Origin: the human T2T-CHM13v2.0 reference genome, Homo sapiens
NCBI RefSeq assembly: GCF_009914755.1
Contig: NC_060936.1
DNA: 64,000 nucleotides
Reading direction: 5' to 3' (one strand)
Of this stretch, positions 1 to 14,300 are shown one piece after another; the first letter of the stretch is position 1; every line of letters starts with the position of its first letter. The notes beneath the pieces were generated by a model. The model did no database searches, was not told the DNA's origin, and saw only the letters and a list, made by a program, of their open reading frames with translations. The position numbers and the translations under genes are program-made.

Positions 1-198
1 CTTTCTCTGTGCTGGATGCTTCCTGCCCTTAAACATTGGACTCCAAGTTCTTCAGTTTTGAGACTCAGACTAGCTCTCCTTGCTCCTCAGGCTTACAGAC
101 AGCCTGTTGTAGGACCTTGTGATTGTGTAAGTTAATACTTAATAAACTGCCATATATATCCTATTAGTTCTGTCCCTCTAGGGAACCCTGACTAATAC
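1..198 (+). mobile_element. 3' part of MLT2A/B-type ERVL LTR (cut by window edge)
   Basis: Contains aataaa and the typical MLT2 end 'ctattagttctgtccctctagggaaccctgactaatac'. Family assigned from recalled consensus. Confidence 0.8.
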
Positions 199-289
199 GG
201 AGGTCTTTATGGTTCTATATGCTACAGGTTATGGGGTATACAGAAAAGTTCAAGACAAGATCTCTTCGTATGAGCTTTGCATTCAGACA

Positions 290-460
290 GTCCTAGGTTT
301 CAAAGTCTGGGCAGGCTACTTTTCCTTCCTGATTTGCCATTTCCTTGTCTGTAAAATGGGGAGAATAATTTTTACATTGCATGCACTACTGGATGATCAA
401 ATGAAAGGGCTGAAACTTTGTCAGGCATAGAGCAAGTGTTAGGTAACTGATTATTATTCT
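290..460 (+). mobile_element. MIR SINE fragment
   Basis: MIR core 'tttccttgtctgtaaaatggggagaataat'. Confidence 0.65.
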
Positions 461-784
461 TGACCATAAAGCTCTAACATTTTTCTTTTCAAAAAATAGG
501 TAATAGTTGATGGAAAAGATCTCTTTCTTTTGATAAGAAATAACATATAATATCATCTTTACATCTTTAGTGACTGCCACATAATAGGTGCTAAATAATT
601 GATATTTTGGTTGGAAAGAAGGGTTTAACTGGAGTTATAATAGTCCCTGCCACAATCTTCTATTCCCTGCTTTATACTTTCTATACTCTCCTCTCCTCCC
701 CACTACTACCCCTCCTTCAAATCCATTTATACTTTCTGTTGGACACTTGTTTTGTGTGAAGTGGTCTAGTTAAATGGTTCCTGT

Positions 785-842
785 ACAGGGAGTACATTTA
801 GGATTAAAATGTAACAGGGAGTAAGTTTAGGATTAAAATGTA
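785..842. repeat. 29-bp tandem duplication (2 copies)
   Basis: acagggagtacatttaggattaaaatgta / acagggagtaagtttaggattaaaatgta, 2 mismatches. Confidence 0.9.
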
Positions 843-1429
843 ACTTAATTACAAATGTATAAATATGGCAACTGATATTTACAGAAAATAGAGTCAGTTA
901 CTATAGAAAAGCTAATTATAGGCTTTCTCTCCACAACCTTCTGAACTGGTTTTAACAAAGTCAACTTCTGAAGGGTTTTCATTTAAATGATTCATTTAAG
1001 ACATCATCTGTGCATTCAGTTCCTCCCAGGACCCTGCATTCCAGGCGAACGCTTAAGGGGCAGGAATGATCGTGCATGTCTGCTTCTGCTTCAGAAGCCA
1101 AGTGGAATTTCTTGCCTCCTTTCTTCTTTTCTACCTTGAAACCTTAAACTTACTTTGGCTCCTTGAAATGAAAATGATGCTTGATGGTATAATGACAGAA
1201 ATCCATTTCCTAGTTTTATTTCTTAATACGAATATGTAATAAGGAATCAATGAATTTCTGGTTATGGTAGTAGCTAAAAGGACATTTAATCTTGGCTTGA
1301 TCTGGGTCCTCTTCAGCATTCATCATCCTTTACCTGAATTGTTTTCTGGTTTGCTACAGCATGCATTCCTGGTTGGTGCCCTGAGCATCATGATCCATGC
1401 TTGTGAGCCTTGGCTGAGTTATTCAGCAT

Positions 1430-4175
1430 CCTCCACAGGATCTTTCACAGAGCAACAGTTATTAATTTTGATGAAGTCCAAATTATCAATTTTTTATTTT
1501 ATGGATCATGCTCTTCGTGTTGTAGCTAAGAGCTCTTCACAAAGCCCCAAGCCCTAAACATTTTCTCCTATGTTTTCTTTTAAAAGTTTTATAATTTTAT
1601 GTTTTAAATCTATGATCCATTTTGAATTAATTTTTATAAGGTGTTAGGTTTCAGGTTACATCGTTTTTTTGTCCGTGGATATCCAATTGCTCCAGCACCA
1701 TTTGTTAAAGAGACTATCCTTCCTTTATTGAACTGCATCTTTGTTAAAAACTAGTTGGCTGTATATGGGTTTAGGATAGCTATGTCTGCTTGGTGGCTTA
1801 ATGTTTTTAACATTATGCAATGTCACTCTATGTCCCTGGTAATTTCCTTTGCTCCAAAGTCTACTTTATCTGATAGTATCTTAGCCATTCCTGTTTTTTT
1901 ATTAATATTTTTATAGCATATCCTTCCCTCTCCTTTTATGTTCAGCCTACCTATGTCACTATATTTGAAGTAAGTTTTTTATTAGGCAGCATATAATTGG
2001 GTCATGTTTTGTTAATCCATTTTGCAAGCCTCTGTTTTTAAAAATTTGTATATTTAGACTATTTACCCTTAATGTAATTATTATGTTAAAGCTTAAGTCT
2101 GCCGTTTTATTTTTTGTTGTTTTCTTTGTTCTCTTTGTTTTCTGTCACTATGTTTTCATTGCCCTGTGGGTTACTTTAACATATTTATAACATTTTTGAG
2201 TATGTATATTTGTACATATTTTTAGTGGCTACTCTAGGTACTATATTACATATATGTAATATATATATAACATATATATGTGATTATGTATATATAATAC
2301 CATATGTGATCATGTGTCATATGTAACATATGATCACATATAAAACATATTATATCATATGTTATATATATAATCACAATTTACTTGTGCTAACATTTTA
2401 TCAGTTTGAGGAAAGTGGAGAAATTTTATCTCCCTTTATGTCCCTTAGCCCTCCCATTATTTATAATATACTTGTCTTAAATATTTCCTTCACATGAAAA
2501 CCACTTCAGACATAATTTTTGCTTCAACTGACAGGCACAATTTAGAAAACTCAAGAGAAAATATAATATTTACCCATATTTTTCCCCTTTCTGTGTTCTT
2601 TATTTCTTACTGATATTCTTAGATTCCTTCTTTTGTAATTCTCTTTCTGTTTAAAGAGCTTCGCTTCGCCGTTCTTTTGGTGTAGTTCCGTTGACAATAC
2701 ATTCTCTTACTTTTTCTTCATTTGAGAATGTCTTGGTTCCTGAAGGATATTTTCTTAGTGTATAGAATGTTGAGTTCACGAGTTTTTTTTTTTTTTTAGC
2801 ACTTAAAAAATATTGTGCCATTTCTTTATGACCTGGAAATATACTGTCATTATATATTTTTTTCTTTATAGGTAATGCATTGTTTCTCTCTGTCTGCTTA
2901 TAAGATTTTTTTCTTACTCTCTTGTTTTTCAGAGGCTTGACTATAACATATCTTTGTGTGGATTTCTTTGGGTTTTCCCAATTTAAAGTTTTCTAAGCTT
3001 CTTGAATCTGTAGATATATGTATATTTTGCCAAGTTTGGAAAAATTTTTCAGCCATTGTTTCTCAAATGCTATTTCAGCCTGACCCTCTTTTTCCTCTCC
3101 TTGTAGAACTCAAATGACATGAATTTTAAATCTCTTGTCACATTCCCACATATTTCTAAGCTTTGTTAATTTTTTTCAGTCTATTGCTATCTCTGTCATC
3201 CATGTTGGGTAATTTTGATTGTTCTGTTTTCAAGTTCTCACTGATTCTTTCTTTTGTTCTCTCCATTCTCTTGTTTGGCTCATCCATTGAGTTTTTATTA
3301 ATAATTTTAGTTATCACATTTTTAGTTCTAAATTTTTTTCTTTTTTTCTTTTTTTTTAGTTTTTTAGTTTTTCCTTATATCTTTCATTTTCTTTCTGGGA
3401 CTTTCTATTTCTTTGCTGAGATTTTGTATTTTAAAAATTTGCTGATAATTGCCCCTTGAAGCATTTATTTTATAATGGCTGTTTTAAAATTCTTGTCAGA
3501 TAGTTTTAGCTTCTGTGTCATCTCATATTGGCATCTGTGATTGTATTTTCTCATTCAAGTTAAGATCTTCCTAATTCTTGGTGTAATGAGTGACTTTTAT
3601 TAAAACCTGGACATTTTGGGTATTATGTTATAAGACTGTAGATCTTATTTAACTCTTGAATTTTAACTATTGTGCAAGCATAGAGAGATGATGCTTTATT
3701 ACTGCCAGATCTGAGTGAATGTTTGGGTTCTCTACTTAGTCTATGTTGACACCCAGAGGGAGAGAGGCTCCTTGTCCTTACTGAGTGAGGATTCCACTGG
3801 GCCTCTGCTGATACCACGCATCTGAGAGGGGAAGGGGGCTTCCTTACTGCTTCTCACATTGTCACTACTGACACTATCTGGAGAGTGAAGGTGGCTCATT
3901 ACTCCTGAGCAGTGATTAAAGCCATGACTCTCCACTAGGTCTCCTCTGATATCAATCCCATGAGGACGGGATGGGATCTTTTTTACCTCCTGATGAGAGT
4001 AAAGGACCAGCCTCCCTACGTGGCCTCCATTGACACAACAGGAGGAAAGAGAATTTGTTACTGGCTGATAAAAAGGAAAGTCCTGGCTCCCTACTTGGCC
4101 TTCTGTAACACCAGTCCACTGGGGATGTTGACACCTATTACAGCCTGCAGTGGAAGTGGAAGTCCTCTATTGATA
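1430..4175 (-). mobile_element. Ancient L1M-type LINE-1 remnant (ORF2 pieces, ORF1 region, repetitive 5'UTR-like segment at ~3690-4170)
   Basis: T-rich antisense L1 motifs such as 'ttaattttgatgaagtccaaattatc' and 'ccaattgctccagcaccatttgttaaag'. The match jumps near 1770 to an endonuclease-region sequence. Confidence 0.75.
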
Positions 4176-4703
4176 TGATTGTTCATGTGCCTAATCCCCC
4201 ACTTTCTTTAAGGAAGAACACTAGAGAGAGCTTCTAGCATGGTTTCTCAGAGTCAATATACACTGACTCCTCAAAAACCTGTCTTCTTGTGCTGGAAATG
4301 CCTGTCCTTCTTTGTCTCATCCAACGACAAAGTGGCCTTGGATCTAACTATTACTGAGGACTTCTTCTGTGCCCAGATCATGCCAGGACTCTGAGTCTTA
4401 GTCTCCTTTTTGCATATCTGGGACGTGCTTTTGATACCTACTGCCTACAAGGAGCTGTTGGATAATAAAGCAAGTGCCAGAAGACTCCAGTTGAACCCTG
4501 AATTTATCACTTACTTGCTACTTGAACATGTTGAGACTGAATTTGCTCATTCCCCTATGGATATCACAATACCTCCTATACTTCCCAGAGTTATTGTAGG
4601 GATCTAATAACATAATGAAATATAAATGTTAAAACACTAGAGTAAGGTCAGATATGGTTGTTATTGTAGAATCCGAGAGGAATCTCTATTCCAACAAGAA
4701 AAT

Positions 4704-5176
4704 TGTGTAGACACTGCTCATTGTCACCCAATATCTATTCTTTCTGTGTCTCTAAATAACATACATCTTATATTTGAGTCAGTTTACCCAGAGTAACATT
4801 AAAGCTTCCAATCTCTCTTCTAACTAAGCATGACCAATGGGACTTAAGCAGAAGAGATGTGTGCAACATCTCACAAGTATTCCTCAAAATGAAAGAATAT
4901 TACCTTCTCCTTCCTTTTTCTTTTTTCATTTTGAATGGAATTTGGACAAAACCACCGGTGCTACAGCAGTCATCTAGAATAAGGAAGATGAGAGCCATAC
5001 TGTAAGAATCTCAGAGTGAGTGGAAAAAGCCTAGGTTCCTGATAGATTCATGAAATTATAACACTAGACTTGTATGGTTGATCTGGAATGTTTGCATGAG
5101 GAAATAAACCCTGCATGTTCAAACTACTAGGTTGGGTTTTCTCTTTCTTATAATTAAACCCAATCTAAACAATACA
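4704..5176 (+). mobile_element. Old MaLR LTR (MLT1J/K-like)
   Basis: tgt...aataca termini, 'gaccaatgggacttaagcagaag', and 'gaaataaacc' near the 3' end. Confidence 0.6.
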
Positions 5177-5663
5177 AATGCACACTCCAGTAAAAAGTAT
5201 GGGTTTCAAATCAATTGCCTGTGATAGAAATGAACATTATTAGCATCTTAACAGCCCTGGCAAGATTCATATCCTGATGAAAATTCTTATTCTCATGGGA
5301 GCTTTACCTGCCAGAACTCACAAACTCTTTTTGCTAAAAAAAAAAAATACTTTTATGGATTCTGGGATACAAGTGCAGTTGTGTTACATGGATATATTGT
5401 CTAGTGGTGAAGTCTGGGCTTTTAGTGTAACCCAAATAGTGTACACTGTACCCAATAGGTAGTATTTCATCCCTCATCCCCCTTCCACTTTCCCATCTTT
5501 TGCAGTCTTCAGTGTGTATTGTTTCACTCTGTATGTCTGTGTTTACTCATTATTTAGCTTGCATTTGTAAATGAGAGCATGCAATTTTTGACTTTCTGTT
5601 TCTGAGTCATGTCACTAAGGATAATGGCCTCCAGTTTCATCCATGTTGCTGCGAAAGACATGA

Positions 5664-5967
<304 letters not shown>

Positions 5968-6003
5968 AATTTCATTCATTTTTATGGCTGAGTAGTATTC
6001 CAT

Positions 6004-6004
<1 letters not shown>

Positions 6005-6039
<35 letters not shown>

Positions 6040-6092
6040 ATATAAGATATATTATATATATATATATATCACACACACACACACATATATGT
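6005..6092. repeat. (TG)n/(TA)n/(CA)n compound microsatellite in L1 3'UTR
   Basis: Directly visible dinucleotide runs. Confidence 0.95.
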
Positions 6093-8194
6093 ATGTCTCA
6101 CAGTTTTTTATCCAATCATCCATTGATAAACACTTAGGTTGATTCCAGGATTTTGCCATTGTGACTAGTGCTGTCATAAATGTATGAGTGCAGGTGTCTT
6201 TTCTGATAAAACGATTTCTTTTCCTTTGGGTAGATACCCAGTAGCAGGATTGATGGATTGAAGAGTAGTTCTATTTTTAGTTCTTAGACAAATTTCCATA
6301 TTGTTTTTTATAGATGTTGTACTAATTTACACTTCCACCACCAATGCATAAGCTTCCTTTTTCCCCTTGCCAACATCTGTTGCTTTTGGATTTTTTACTA
6401 ATAGCCATCCTGACTGGTGTGAGATGGTTTCTCATTGTAATTTTGATTTGCATTTCTTTGATGATTAGTGATGTTGAGCATTTTTCATTTGTTTGCTGGC
6501 CACTTGTATGTCTTCTTTTGAAAAGTCTCTGTTCATGTTCTTCGCCCACTTTTTAATGGGGTTATTTGTTGTTGTTGTTGTTTTTCTTGTTGAGTTGTTT
6601 GAGTTCCTCGTGGATTCTGGATATTATCCCTTGCAAAACTGCACATATTTTCTCACATTCTGTAGGTTGTCTGTTTACTCTGTTGATTATTTCTTTTGCT
6701 TTGCAAAAGCTTTTTAGTTTAATTAAGTCCCATTTGTCTCATTTTGATCGTCTTGCATTCCTTTTGAGGACTTAGTAATAAATTCTTAGTAATAAATTCT
6801 GGACATTCTTCAGTGTCCAGAAGAATTTTTCCTGGGTTTTCTTCTAGGGTTTTTATAGTTTCAGGCCTTATGTTTAATTCTTTAATCTATCTTGACTTAT
6901 TTTTGGCATATGGTGACAGATAGGGGCCCAGTTTCATTCTTTAGCATATGGTTCTTCAATTTTCCCAGCACCATTTATTGAATAAGGTGTTTTTTCCGAT
7001 TTTATATTTTTGTCAACTTTTTCAAAGATTGGTTGGTTGTAGATATGTGGCTTTATTTCTGGGTTCTCTATTCTGTTCCATTGATCTATGTGTCTATTTT
7101 TATGCTAGTACCATGCTGTTTTGATTACCATAGCTTTATAGTATAGTTTGAAGTGAAGTAATGTGATAGCTCCAGCTTTATTCCTTTTGCTTGGGATTGC
7201 TTTGGCTATTTGGGCTCTTTTTCAGTTCCATATGAATTTTAGGATAGTTTTTTTTCCTAACTCTGTAAAGAATGACATCGATAACTTAATGGGAACTGTT
7301 GAATCTGTAGATTGCTTTGGGACATATAGTCATGTTAACAATATTGATTCTTCCGATCCATGAGCATGGGATGTTTTTCCATTTGTGTCATCTATGTATT
7401 ATTTCATCAGTGTTTTGTAGTTCTCCTTGAAGAGATCATTCACCTCCTTGGTTAAGTGTATTCCTAGGTATTTTATTTTTTTGTAGCTATTGTAAATGGG
7501 ATTGAGTTCTTAACTTGATTTTCAGCTTGATTGTTGTGGTGTATAGAAATGCTACTAATTTTTGTACATTGATTTAGTATTCTGAAACTTTTCTGAAGTC
7601 ATTTATCAAATCTAGAAGTCTTTTGGATTAGGGTTTTCTAGATATAAGATCATACCAACTGTGAATGCAGATAATTTGACTTCCTCTTTTTCAATTTGGA
7701 TGCCTTTTATTTCTTTCTCTTGACTGACTGCTCTAGCTAGGACTTCTCATACTCTGTTGAGTAGAAGTGGTAATAGTGAGCATCCTTATCTTGTTCCAGT
7801 TCTTATGGGGAATGCTTTCAACTTTTCCCTGTTGAGTATGATGTTGGCCGTGAATTTCTCATCTGTGGTTTTTATTATTTTTAGGTATGTTCCTACTACA
7901 CCTAGTTTGGTAAGGCCTTTTATCATTAAGTGATGCTAGATTTTATCAAATATTTTTTCTGTACCTATTCATAAGATTATATGGTTTTTGTTTTAATTCT
8001 GTTTATGTGGTGAATTGCATGTATTGATTTGCATATGTTGAACCAACCTTGCATCCCTGGAATAAAACCCATTTGATTGTGTTGTATTATCTTTTTGATG
8101 TGCTATTGGATCTAGTTAGCTAGTCTTTTGTTCAGGATTTTTGCATTTATGTGGAACTCACAAACTCTTATGTCAGGACTTTTCAAAGCCTAAT

Positions 8195-8360
8195 CTGTAA
8201 AACACTGAATGAAAAGAACCTGTGGGATTATATATAAATGCATATTTCTGGGATCCTCCCCCAAATTATAAGTCAAATTTCTGAGGAAATCAATCTCAAA
8301 TTTGCATTTTTGTAAAGTTCTCACATGATTTATAGTCATTCCAAAGCTTGAGAATCAACT
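8195..8360. mobile_element. MER5-type hAT MITE remnant
   Basis: 'tttctgggatcctcccccaaa...ttgcattttt...aaagcttgagaatcact'. Confidence 0.55.
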
Positions 8361-8709
8361 TAATATTTTACTTCCATTCAAAATATTTAGTGTTCTCTAT
8401 CATAGAGCCATGAAGAATATTAAGGTGATCTTTAAAAATTGCAGCCATACACAATGTCAAACTTAATTTACAAACACAATTATCTCTTTATTAAAAGTAA
8501 CAAGTAAGAATTTCTTAAATTGCATTGTTAAATGTTTTTACCTTTGATAGGATCCTTACCAGAAAAACAATTTCTTGTGCTTGTGGCAATCTTATAATGA
8601 AATACATAATAACTAATGTTTTTAAATCCAAGAAATTTTTATCTATGCTACCAACAAACACTATGACAGCACTACTGTAGAAATTCACCCAGTCCACATC
8701 ATTTACATA

Positions 8710-8815
8710 TATGTTCTAGTTAAAATAATGCTAGGTATTGTAACAAACAAACCTCCAAATCTCAATGCCTTAAAAAAGAGAATTTTACTCATTCATGCAA
8801 TAGTCCAGTGAAGAT
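8710..8815 (-). mobile_element. Old MLT1 LTR fragment truncated at the L1PB boundary
   Basis: 'ttaaaataatgctaggtattgtaacaaacaaacctccaaatctcaatgcctt' matches my recall of the antisense MLT1J/K end. Confidence 0.5.
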
Positions 8816-9184
8816 ATTTCCTTAAAAATATTTATTTCCATAGGTTATTGGGGAAGGGGTGGTTTTTGGTTACATGAGTAAGTTCTTTAGTGGTGACTTG
8901 TGAGATTTTGGTGCACCCATCACCTGAGCAGTATACACTCCATCCTATTTGGAGTCTTTTATCCCTCACCCACTTCTCACCCTTCCCCCTGGGTCCCCAA
9001 AGTCCATTGTGTCATTGTCATGTCTTTGCATCCTCATAGCTTAGCTATCACTTATGAGTGGGAACATACGATATTTGGTTTTCCATTCCTGAGTTACTTC
9101 ACTTAGAATAATAGTCTCTGATCTCATCCAGGTGGTTGCAAATGCCATTAATTCATTCCTTTTTACAGCTGATTAGTATTCCAT

Positions 9185-9329
9185 TATATATATATATATA
9201 CGTATATATATTTATATATATACGTATATATATTTATATATATACGTATATATATTTATATATATACATATATATTTATATATATATACACACATATATA
9301 TATATACACACATATATATGTATATATAT
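9185..9329. repeat. (TA)n-rich microsatellite in L1PB 3'UTR
   Basis: About 145 bp of TA/CA dinucleotide sequence. Confidence 0.95.
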
Positions 9330-10309
9330 CACAGTTTCTTTATCCACTCGTTGGTTGATGAGCATTTGGGTTGGTTCCACGTTTTTGCAATTGTGAATTG
9401 TGCTGTTATAAACATACATGTGCAAGTATCTTTTTCATATAATGACTTCTTTTCCTCAGGGTAGATACCCAGTAGTGGGATTGCTGGATCAAATGGTAGT
9501 TCTACTTTTAGTTCTTTAAGGAATCTCCACACTGTTATCATATTGGCTGTACTAGTTTACATTCCCACCAGCAGTGTAGAAGTGTTCCCTGTTCACCGCA
9601 TCCATGCCAACATCTAATATTTTTTGATTTTTTGATTATGTCCATTCTTGCAGGACTAAGGTGGTATCACATTGTGGTTTTGATTTGTATTTCCCTTATC
9701 ATTAGTGATGTTGAGCATTTTTTCATATGTTTGTTGGTCATTTGTATATTTTCTTTTGAGAATCATCTATTCATGGCCTTAGCCCACTTTTTGATGAGAT
9801 TGTTTTTCTCTTGCTGATTTGTTTGAGTTCACTGTGGATCTGGATATTAGTCCTTTGTCAGATGTATAGATTGTGGAGAATTTCTCAGACTCTGTGGGTT
9901 GTCTATTTACTCTGCTGACTGTTCCTTTTGCTGTGCAAAAGCTCTTTAGTTTAATTAAGTCCCAGCTATTTATCTTTGCTTATATTGCATTCGCTTTTGG
10001 GCTCTTGGTCATGAAATCCTTGCCTAAGCCAAAGTCTAGAAGTGTTTTTCCAACGTTATCTTCTAGAATTTTAATACTTTCATGTCTTAGATTTAATTCC
10101 TTAATCCATCTTTAGCTGATTTTTTTTAGAAGGTGAGAGATGAGGATCCAATTTCATTCTCCTACATGTGGCTAGCCAATTATCCTAGCACCATTTGTTG
10201 AATAGGGTGTCCTTTCCCCGCTTTATGTTTTTGTTTGCTTTGTCAAAGATCAGTTGGCTGTATTTGGGTTTATTTCTGGGTTCTGTATTCTGTTCCATTG
10301 GTCTATGTG

Positions 10310-10351
<42 letters not shown>

Positions 10352-10864
10352 AGTACCATGCTATTTTGGTGACTATGGCCTTATAGCATAGTTTAAAATC
10401 AGGTAATGTAATGCCTCCAGATTTGTTCTTTTTGTTTAGTCTTGCTTTGGCTAGGTGGGCTCTTTGTTGGTTCCATATGAATTTTAGAATTGTTTTTCTA
10501 ATTGTGTGAAGAACAATGGTGGAATTTTCATGGGAATAGCATTGAATTTGTGGATTGCTTTTGGCAGTATGGTCATTTTCACAATATTGATTCTACCCAT
10601 CCATGAGCATGGGATGTTTTTTCATTAGTTTGTGTCATCTATGATTTCTCTCAGCAGTGTTTTGTAGTTTTTCTTGTAGAGATCTTTCACCTCCTTGTTT
10701 AGGTATATTCCTAAGTATATATTTTTTTATTTTTGCAGCTATTGTAAAAGGGGTTGTGTTCTTCATATGATTCTCAGCTTGGTCACTGGTGGTGTATAGA
10801 AGAGCTACTGATTTGTGTACATTAATTTTGTACCCAGAAACTATGCTGAACTCTTTCATCAGTT

Positions 10865-11239
10865 CTAGGAGCTTTCTGGAGGAGCTTTAGGGTTTTCTAG
10901 GTAAACAATTATATCATCAGCAAACAGTGACAGTTTGACTTCCTCTTTACCAATTTGGATCTCTTTTATTTCTTTGTCTTGTCTGATTGCTCTGGCTAGG
11001 ACTTCAAGTACTATGTTGAAGAGGAGTGGTGAGAGTGTGCATCCCTGTCTTGTTCCAGCTCTCAGAGGGAAGGGTTTCAACTTTTCCTCATTCAGTATTA
11101 TGTTGGCTGTGGGTTTGCCATAGATGGCTTTTATTACATTGAGATATGTCCCTTGTATGGTGATTTTGCTGAGAGTTTTAATCATAAAGGGATGCTGGAT
11201 TTTGTCAAATGCTTTTTCTGCATCTATTGAGATGATCAT
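10865..11239 (-). pseudogene. L1 ORF2 reverse-transcriptase fragment (non-functional)
   Basis: [15 protein letters not shown], [21 protein letters not shown] and LFADD motifs. Neighbouring ORF2 pieces are broken by stops and frameshifts. Confidence 0.95.
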
Positions 11240-11272
11240 GTGATTTTTGCTTTTAATTCTGTTTATGTGTTA

Positions 11273-11371
<99 letters not shown>

Positions 11372-14300
11372 TCAGTTAACTAGTATTTTGTTAAATGATT
11401 TTAGCATCTATTTTCCTCAGGGATATTGGTCTGTAGTTTTCTTTGTTGGTTATGTCCTTTACTGGTTTTGGTATTTGGGTGATACTGGCCTCATAGAATG
11501 ATTTAGGGAGGGTTCCCTCTTTCTCTATCTTGTGAAATAGTGTCAATAGGATTGGTACCAATTCCTCTTTAAATGTCTGGTAGAATTCTGCTGTGAGTCT
11601 GTCTGGACCTGGACATTTTTTTGTTGGTAATTTTTACATTACCATTTCACTCTCACTGCTTGTTTTTGTCTGTTCAGGATATCTAATTCTTCCTGATTTA
11701 TGCTAGAGGGTTGTATGTTTCCAGAAATTTATCCACCTCATCTAGGTTTTCTGGTTTATGTGCATAAAGGTGTTCATAGTAGCCTTGAATGATCTTTTGT
11801 ATTTCTGTGGTGTCAGTTGTAATATCTCCCATTTCATTTATTATTGAGCTTATTTGGATTTTCTCTCTTCTTGGTTAATCTTGCTAATGACATATCAATT
11901 TTTACCTTTTCAAAGAGCTACCTTTTTGTTTCATTTATCTTTTTTTTTTTTTTTTTGGTTTCAATTTCATTTAGTTCTACTCTGATCTTGGTTATTTCCT
12001 TTCTTCTGCTGGGTTTGGGTTTGGTTGGTTTTTGTTTCTTTAGTTCCTTGAGGTGTGACCTTACATTGCCTGTTTGTGCTCTTTCAGGCTTTTTGATGTA
12101 GGTGTTTAGGGCTACGAACTTTTCCTCTTCACATCGCTTTTGCTGTATTCCAGAGGTTTTGATAGGTTGTGTCACTATTGTCATTCAGTTCCAAGAATTT
12201 TTAAATTTCCATCTTGATTTCATTTTTGACCCAATAATTATTCAGGAGCAGGTTATTTAATTTCCATGTATTTGCATGGCTTGGATACATTGCTGGTGAG
12301 ATGGTATAATCTTTTGAGGGTGTTCAAGAACTTCATTTTGTCATATTGCCAGAATTATTTTTCTGGTTCCTTCTCATCTGGGTAGACTATGTTAGAGAGA
12401 AGATCTGGAATTCAAGGGCTGCTGTTCAAATTCTTTTATCCCACAGGGTAATCCCTTGATGTGGTGTTCTCTGCTTTCCCCTAGGAATGGGGCTTCCTGA
12501 CATCCAAACTGTAGTGATTGCTTTCCACGTGTGGGTCTAGCCACCCAGCGGAGCTACCAGACTCCGGGCTGGTACTGGGGAGTGTCGGCAAAGAGTCTTG
12601 TGATGTGATCCATCTTCAGGTCTTCAGCCACGGATACCAGCATCTGCTCCAGTGGAGGTAGCAGGGGAGTAAAGTGGACTCTGTGAGGGTCATTGGCTGT
12701 GTTTTTGTTTAACGCACTGGTTTTGTGTTGATTGGCCTCCACCCAGGAGGTGGTGCTTTCAAGAGAACATTAGCTGTGATCCTATAGGGAGGATGCAAAC
12801 TTGCCCTAGGGACACCTAGTTAGGTATTCAGGTTTCTCAGGTGGTGGGCAGGGCCATAGAGTCATCAAGAGATTATGACCTTTGTCTTGGGCTACCAGGG
12901 TGGGTAGAGAAAGACCACGAGGTCAGGGTGGAGATAGGCATGTCTGGGCTCAATCTCTCCTTGGGTAGGGCTTGCTGTGCTGCTGTGGGGGGTGGGGGTG
13001 TGGTTCCCAGTCTAATGGTATTGTATTCCCAGGGGGATTATGGCTCCCTCTGCTGAGTCATACAGGTCCCCAGGGACATGCAGCCCACAGTGCTAAAAGC
13101 CAGTCTCACTCTCCCTGTGTTCCCGCCACCCCCACCCCACCAATTGCACCAAGTTTACTTCCAGACAGCTGGTGACCAGGGCTGAGAACTTGCCCCAGAT
13201 CATGAGCCTCCCTGTTGAGAAAGCAAGCCGACTCACAGTTTTTTGGTGTCTCAGGGAGCCTGCTGTGGTGATCCAGTTCCTTCAAAAGGTCTGTGGATTC
13301 TCTCAGCATTCTTGGTATGTTCCTGCAGTAGTTCTTGGCGCAAAAGTTCGTGATGTGATCTCCACACACTGCTCTGCCTCTCCAAGCGGGAGCTGCAAGC
13401 TAGTCCTGCCTCCTATCTGCCATCTTAATCTAAAGTTCCATGATAGTATTTTAAACCAAGTATATAAATAAATGATATAGAAAAAAGTATACAACAAGAC
13501 CAGGTTGCTTTTTCTCTCTCAAAAAACACGGTTGATTTGGCATTAGAAAATTACTAATAAAGTTCAGTACGTTAATAGAAAAGAGAAGGGAAATCACATA
13601 ATCGTACTGACAGATGTAGAAAAATATTTGATAACATTTAATACCAGTTCAGAACTTAAGAAGATTCATAGCAAACTAAAATAGAGGGAACTTCCTTAAT
13701 TTGATAAATACCTATAAAAGAAATCTACTGAAAACTCTATATTCAATGGTAAAATATTGAACAGTTTCTTCCCAAGATTGGGGTTGAAGAAGAAATACTA
13801 CTGATCTATTCACTATTCAGCATTGTATTGGAGGGCCCAGCATGTGCTATAAAGGCAAGAAAAAGGAATAAAATGCATAAAAATACAAAAAGAAGCAATT
13901 ATTGTTATTCATATATGTAATGATTGTGTACCTAGAAAATTTCAAGTAATCTGACATATTAAAATCAATAGTGAATTAAGCAAAACTACAAAACATTATA
14001 AAGAGAAATTAAACAAGACCTAAGTAAATACAGAGAGAAACTATGGCTTCTCCTCAAAATGGGCTAGTTTCAATGCAATCTTAATAAAAATCCAGTAGCT
14101 TTTATTGGAAATTATCAAGTTGCTTTAGAAAATTTATACGGAAATGCAAACTCCTCCCCCAACAACCAAGGCAATCTTGAGGAGGAAGAACAAGTTTAGA
14201 CCTCATATACTGCTGGATGTTAAGAGTTTTATAGCTACAGTAATTAAAACAGCATGACATTCTTGACATAAAAATAGACAAACCAATGGAGCAAAATAAA

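Noticed and set aside
2240-2375. AT-rich palindromic patch (arms 2302-2317 and 2326-2341)
   Set aside because: It lies within a decayed TA/CA microsatellite, where self-complementarity is expected.
10311-10348. T38 run in L1 ORF2 as a solo poly-A retroinsertion
   Set aside because: No flanking TSD. It sits at a T-rich position of L1, so slippage expansion is simpler.
12260-12300. Spliced L1 integrant as the explanation for the L1PB internal deletion
   Set aside because: From recalled consensus, the deleted segment does not begin with GT on the sense strand; microhomology fits better.
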